Below, one piece after another: positions 63,831-64,000 of a stretch of 64,000 bases of DNA. The stretch spans positions 1-64,000 of the IMG/VR virus record IMGVR_UViG_3300046454_000714; one strand, 5' to 3'. Below the pieces are notes generated by a model. The model searched no databases, was not told where the DNA came from, and saw only the letters and a program-made list of their open reading frames with translations. Every line of letters starts with the position of its first letter. Position 1 is the stretch's first letter. Source of the stretch: a virus. The translations under genes were made by a program, and so were the position numbers.

Positions 63831-63860
63831 CAGGACCATGTTCGGCCGGGGTGGGTGTCG

Positions 63861-63998
63861 TTACGGGCGCCACTCCTCGTGGTATCCCGGCCGGTCGGCG
63901 TAGGGCATGGCGAGTAGGCGCACCGTTGCGCAGGGGTACTGCGCTGGGAAGTGGTTGCAGATGTGGCAGTCCATGACGGTGCCGCCGCCGCTACCGGT
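63861..63998 (-). CDS. DUF6221-like protein, 3' end only (truncated by window)
   Basis: Reverse strand reads ..CHIC.....YPCATVRLLAMPYADRPGYHEEWRP*. Confidence 0.65.
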   Translation of the reverse strand, partial: TGSGGGTVMDCHICNHFPAQYPCATVRLLAMPYADRPGYHEEWRP

Positions 63999-64000
63999 TG

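Larger units (their letters stand above)
1..64000. mobile_element. Temperate siphovirus prophage/phage genome segment (actinobacterial, Streptomyces-like); ends outside window
   Basis: Recombination/replication/methylase early genes, tightly coupled small ORFs, and a terminase-portal-MuF-scaffold-capsid-tail late operon; no housekeeping host genes. Confidence 0.95.

Overview
High-GC, Streptomyces-like DNA that reads throughout as part of a temperate siphovirus (pro)phage; both ends run beyond the window, and no integrase, lysis genes or tape measure gene are visible. Layout: (1) 1-20.7 kb early region with a RecE-like exonuclease, AAA ATPase, two DNA methyltransferases, Rep plus DnaC-like loader and many small coupled ORFs. 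(2) 20.8-37.7 kb accessory block with a toxin-antitoxin-like pair, a second Rep-like gene, Endo VII, a PPOX protein and a pSAM2/AICE-like conjugation module (GntR with palindromic operators, Spd-like membrane proteins, TraB FtsK translocase, clt-like 11-bp repeat array). (3) 37.7-45.3 kb further small phage genes. (4) 45.4-64 kb late region with fibre-like genes, two HNHs, terminase, portal, MuF-like protein, scaffold, Prp-like protease, capsid and tail genes. The most notable observations are an intein in the MuF-like gene whose interior encodes an HTH-DUF559-like endonuclease on the opposite strand, a C5-methyltransferase with a nested +1-frame ORF, a TraB/clt transfer module inside a phage, a mini-Prp protease with a WFxLxRH motif shared by scaffold and capsid, and a duplicated leader predicted to form an SD-sequestering pseudoknot. 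All product calls come from motif recognition by eye; no database searches were run.
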